DNA of 63,656 nucleotides, filler included, from Reticulomyxa filosa (Eukaryota; Protista; Foraminifera), in the NCBI GenBank assembly GCA_000512085.1. It is 16 parts of 16 records of this genome, joined end to end, with 100 filler letters (N's around TTAATTAATTAA, not from the genome) between each part and the next. Parts side by side here need not be neighbours in the genome. Positions count along the whole stretch, not along the records: positions 60,835 to 62,085 come from ASPP01040882.1; positions 62,186 to 63,656 come from ASPP01042642.1; 14 more parts are not named here. One strand, written 5' to 3'. Within the stretch, counting starts at the first letter, position 1; each line of letters starts with the position of its first letter. Positions 60,835 to 63,656 of this stretch are shown here, piece by piece. Below the pieces are notes generated by a model that saw nothing but the letters and a program-made list of their open reading frames with translations, had not been told where the DNA came from and searched no databases. The position numbers were made by a program, and so were the translations under genes.

Positions 60835-62040
60835 ATCCCATAAACGAATAGTATCGTCATCAGATCCAGAACATAAATATATACCACCATTAAATGGCGA
60901 AAATTCAATTCCATTAACACTGCCAGTGTGCTCATTGAATATTTGTAATTCCTGATCCTGTTTAAAATCCCAAAAACGAATACTATTGTCATATGATGCA
61001 GAGCAAATTATTTTTTTATTATAATTTTGATAATGATATGATGAAAATTTCACACAACATACAGCACGCAAATGTCCATTAAATGATTTAACGCGTATGT
61101 TGTTATCAACATCCCACACACACAAATTGTGGTGTCATATGATCCAGAACAAATAAATTGGCAATCATCAAATGTTGAATAATCAATGTTATTCACACAA
61201 CTTGTGTGTCCAGTGAATGTATTGATTAATTTGGATGATGCGCAAAACATATCGAATATGAATGCAGCATATACCTATGTTAAGTCACATTTAATTATTT
61301 TGATTTTTTTAAAAAAAAAGATATAACAAATAGACTTAACATAATTAATAACGATCCTATCAAAATCGCGAATCCACCCAAATTTTATTTGCAGCATTCG
61401 GATCCAATGCTGCAATATTACTTTGGCATCTTCTGCCGTCTATTTAAATACAAAATATTATAAAAATAAAATAATAAAAAATAAAAAAGCATACATTTTT
61501 TCGTTTGGATTTTTTCAATTCCAAAGCGGCTTGACTGCGACGGATGAGGGCTTTGGCATTATTTGGATCGATTTCGATGCAAATGGTGCAATCATCAAAG
61601 GCCTTTTGATATTGTGCTTTTTTAATCCAAACATCGGCTCGGTTGTAGTATACAATAATATTGAATCCATGGTTGCATGGGTCGGCGTGAATGCATTTAG
61701 TGTATTTATCGATCGCCTCGTCCAACAAGCCATTTTTATATGCTTCGTTACCCTCATCTTTCATTCGTGGTGCCAGTTTAAATAGTTTGAGCCACATTTG
61801 CACCTCTTCATTGTCCGGATCATGTTTTAGAATTTTCTAATTATCCAATTGCGTCGGTTCATTTTATTATTCAAGTTGGAGCATAACATATATACATACA
61901 CACATACAAACAAACCATTTATGTTTACTTTCAAAGTTGTCCGATCACAATTTATTTGCACAAAACTTGAGTATGTTCGACAGCTGAATCGATATGCTGA
62001 GTCCGGAATAAAGCAATTGCTTTCAACTTGATTTACAACA
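60835..62040 (-). CDS. Chimeric DNAJC7-type TPR + lineage-expanded WD40 protein (partial; frameshift at a TG repeat near 61115-61125)
   Basis: HDPDNEE..MKDEGNEAYKNG..AIDKYTKCIHADP..YYNRA..AFDDCTICIEIDPNNAKALIRRSQ, spliced to AKVILQHWIRMLQIKFGWIRDFDRIVINY, then FDMFCASSKLINTFTGHT..ICSGSYD..WD and two further WD40 repeats. Confidence 0.8.
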
Positions 62041-62185
62041 TTAACAACAAAAGACAAATAATTTTTTTTTTTAAAAAAAAATGTTNNNNNNNNNNNNNNN
62101 NNNNNNNNNNNNNNNNNNNNNNNNNNNNNTTAATTAATTAANNNNNNNNNNNNNNNNNNNNNNNNNNNNNNNNNNNNNNNNNNNN

Positions 62186-63656
62186 CTTGCTTACTATAAA
62201 AGAGATGGTGTTCAAATTGGAGCATATATATTGCTTGTTCCAATTGATTTGTGGTTGTGGGCGTGTAACGATGCTGAAAGATTAACACATCATCTGATAT
62301 TCCCTTATCGAAAAATTCTTTGATTGTTTTTTCAAATTCACTCATTTTTTTAAATGACACAATTTTTTTTGTACGATGGACCCACTCAATTGGAACATTA
62401 CACTCTAGATCACTTGTAATTACCATTAGCATTTGATTGCTGGATTTCTCCTGCTGATCCTTCACAGATTCTCCCTTTTTTTTTTGTGTTGATAAAAGAG
62501 ATCGTGATGAGAAATATTTTTAAAAATGTGTAAACTTACCAATGAACAAAATTTTATATCTTCATTAATTCTCATTTGAACAACAGCTTCTGGTCGACAC
62601 AACGGGAGAAGCAAATCTAACAACTGTGATCTCAATTCCTCGCGATCGAATTGAACATCATCCAATGTTATATTCTTTGTTTGCATTGGCTCTTTTTTTT
62701 CATCATCTTTGTTTTCTTTTGTTTTCATTGCTTTTTGTATGCTCAAATAGAGTAATGCTGATGACATAGTATCATCACAATATCCGCAAAACACTTCAGC
62801 TAGATTTTTCAATGCAAAACATCTCGATAATATATTTGCTGCATCACCAATATGTGCTTCGAGATGTTTTGGCAATGAATCACGATAAGAAATGAGTTGT
62901 TTCTCAAAACGACTAAGAAATGCAATCTTTTCATAATATTTGGATTTGTAAATGTAAGCATCTTAGACAAAAAATATATAAAAAAAAAAGTAAACTGGCA
63001 TATTTGGACTGTGGGCTTCCTGTTTCTGAACAATAACAACACATTTGAAATTTTCGTGAACATAACAATCTCTACTTTCATTTCCCAATGCCACTCGGCA
63101 ATACACGTTTCCTTATTATTTATTTGATTTTTTTTTCAAATGATTTTTGAAATAAAAAGAAATAAATATACACTAAATACAACACCTGAAGGTTTTTTTT
63201 CGTATCTTTGATTCAACATCTCGTATAAACTATCGTAAATGCGTTCCAAACTACTTAAAATAACAGTTTTCCCAGCTTTCATGCAATCAAAAATTTTATT
63301 TAATTGATTATAATTGCTAATATTCGAATAAGTATCATGAGTAAAATAACTCCCAAATAAAAACACGTGATCGTAATTCAAAATGTTGTATTCCAAAAGT
63401 AGTTGCCAAGAATAATGGTGTTCACTTATTATCATGCAGTGTCTAGTGATCGTCAAATCATCTGGTGATTGAGCACATTTTTTCTCCATTAAATTTTTTT
63501 GTACACATATCACAGGAATCAATGCTTGGAATTCTTGAGAAATATCATTTTTTGTTAGGTTTAATTCTTTTGCTAAAATCTCATGCAATTTCTTCCTGGA
63601 TTTACTTTGACTGAGTCCACCAAAATTGCGAAGATATCCTTGCAATGACCTCTTTT
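62186..63656 (-). CDS. Internal fragment of an RNF213/mysterin-like giant AAA+ ATPase
   Basis: LRNFGG; RHCMII; LFGSYF..D; NKIFDCMKAGKTVILSSLERIYDSLYEMLNQRY; YCRVALG..RDCYVHENFKCVVIV; MP/IAFLSRFEKQ. These mirror RNF213 motifs LRNFGG, FGSSFP.D, CMETGK.VVL..L..LYESLYD.LNQ.Y, CRVHP.F.LIV and PIPL.NRLEKH. Confidence 0.85.

Noticed and set aside
1-63656. tRNA, rRNA, CRISPR arrays or prokaryotic operons
   Set aside because: None recognisable by eye; the well-supported genes are eukaryotic and mostly spliced.

Overview
AT-rich, intron-containing eukaryotic DNA. The window is not one locus. It is 16 unrelated contigs joined by 15 artificial 100-nt linkers (N44-TTAATTAATTAA-N44), so neighbourhood is meaningful only within a contig. 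The family signatures (RING/TRAF-zinc-finger proteins, the 'QHWIR..GWI.DFD..SSKL.NTFTGH..IDYSTFD' WD40 family, abundant decayed paralogues) point to the foraminiferan Reticulomyxa filosa or a close relative; this is an inference from recognition, not a search. Recognisable genes: EXO1, mitochondrial gamma-carbonic anhydrase, ARP4, a class I PI3K, ESF1, a K+-dependent H+-pyrophosphatase, a Frizzled/Smoothened-type 7TM receptor, a La-motif protein, histone H1, a P4-ATPase flippase, an MLLE-domain protein, a G-alpha subunit and an RNF213-like AAA+ fragment. There are also decayed retroelement, Rho GTPase, pLGIC and TRAF-WD40 relics, and a foldback inverted repeat. Most interesting: (1) an in-frame fusion of an apparently catalytically dead BPNT1/IMPase-fold domain to a saccharopine-dehydrogenase-like oxidoreductase; (2) one WD40 cassette found behind two different N-terminal modules (RING/TRAF and DNAJC7-type TPR); (3) a class I PI3K with an N-terminal WW-like domain; (4) a CRD-less Frizzled/Smo-like receptor. 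Exon boundaries were read by eye and are approximate.
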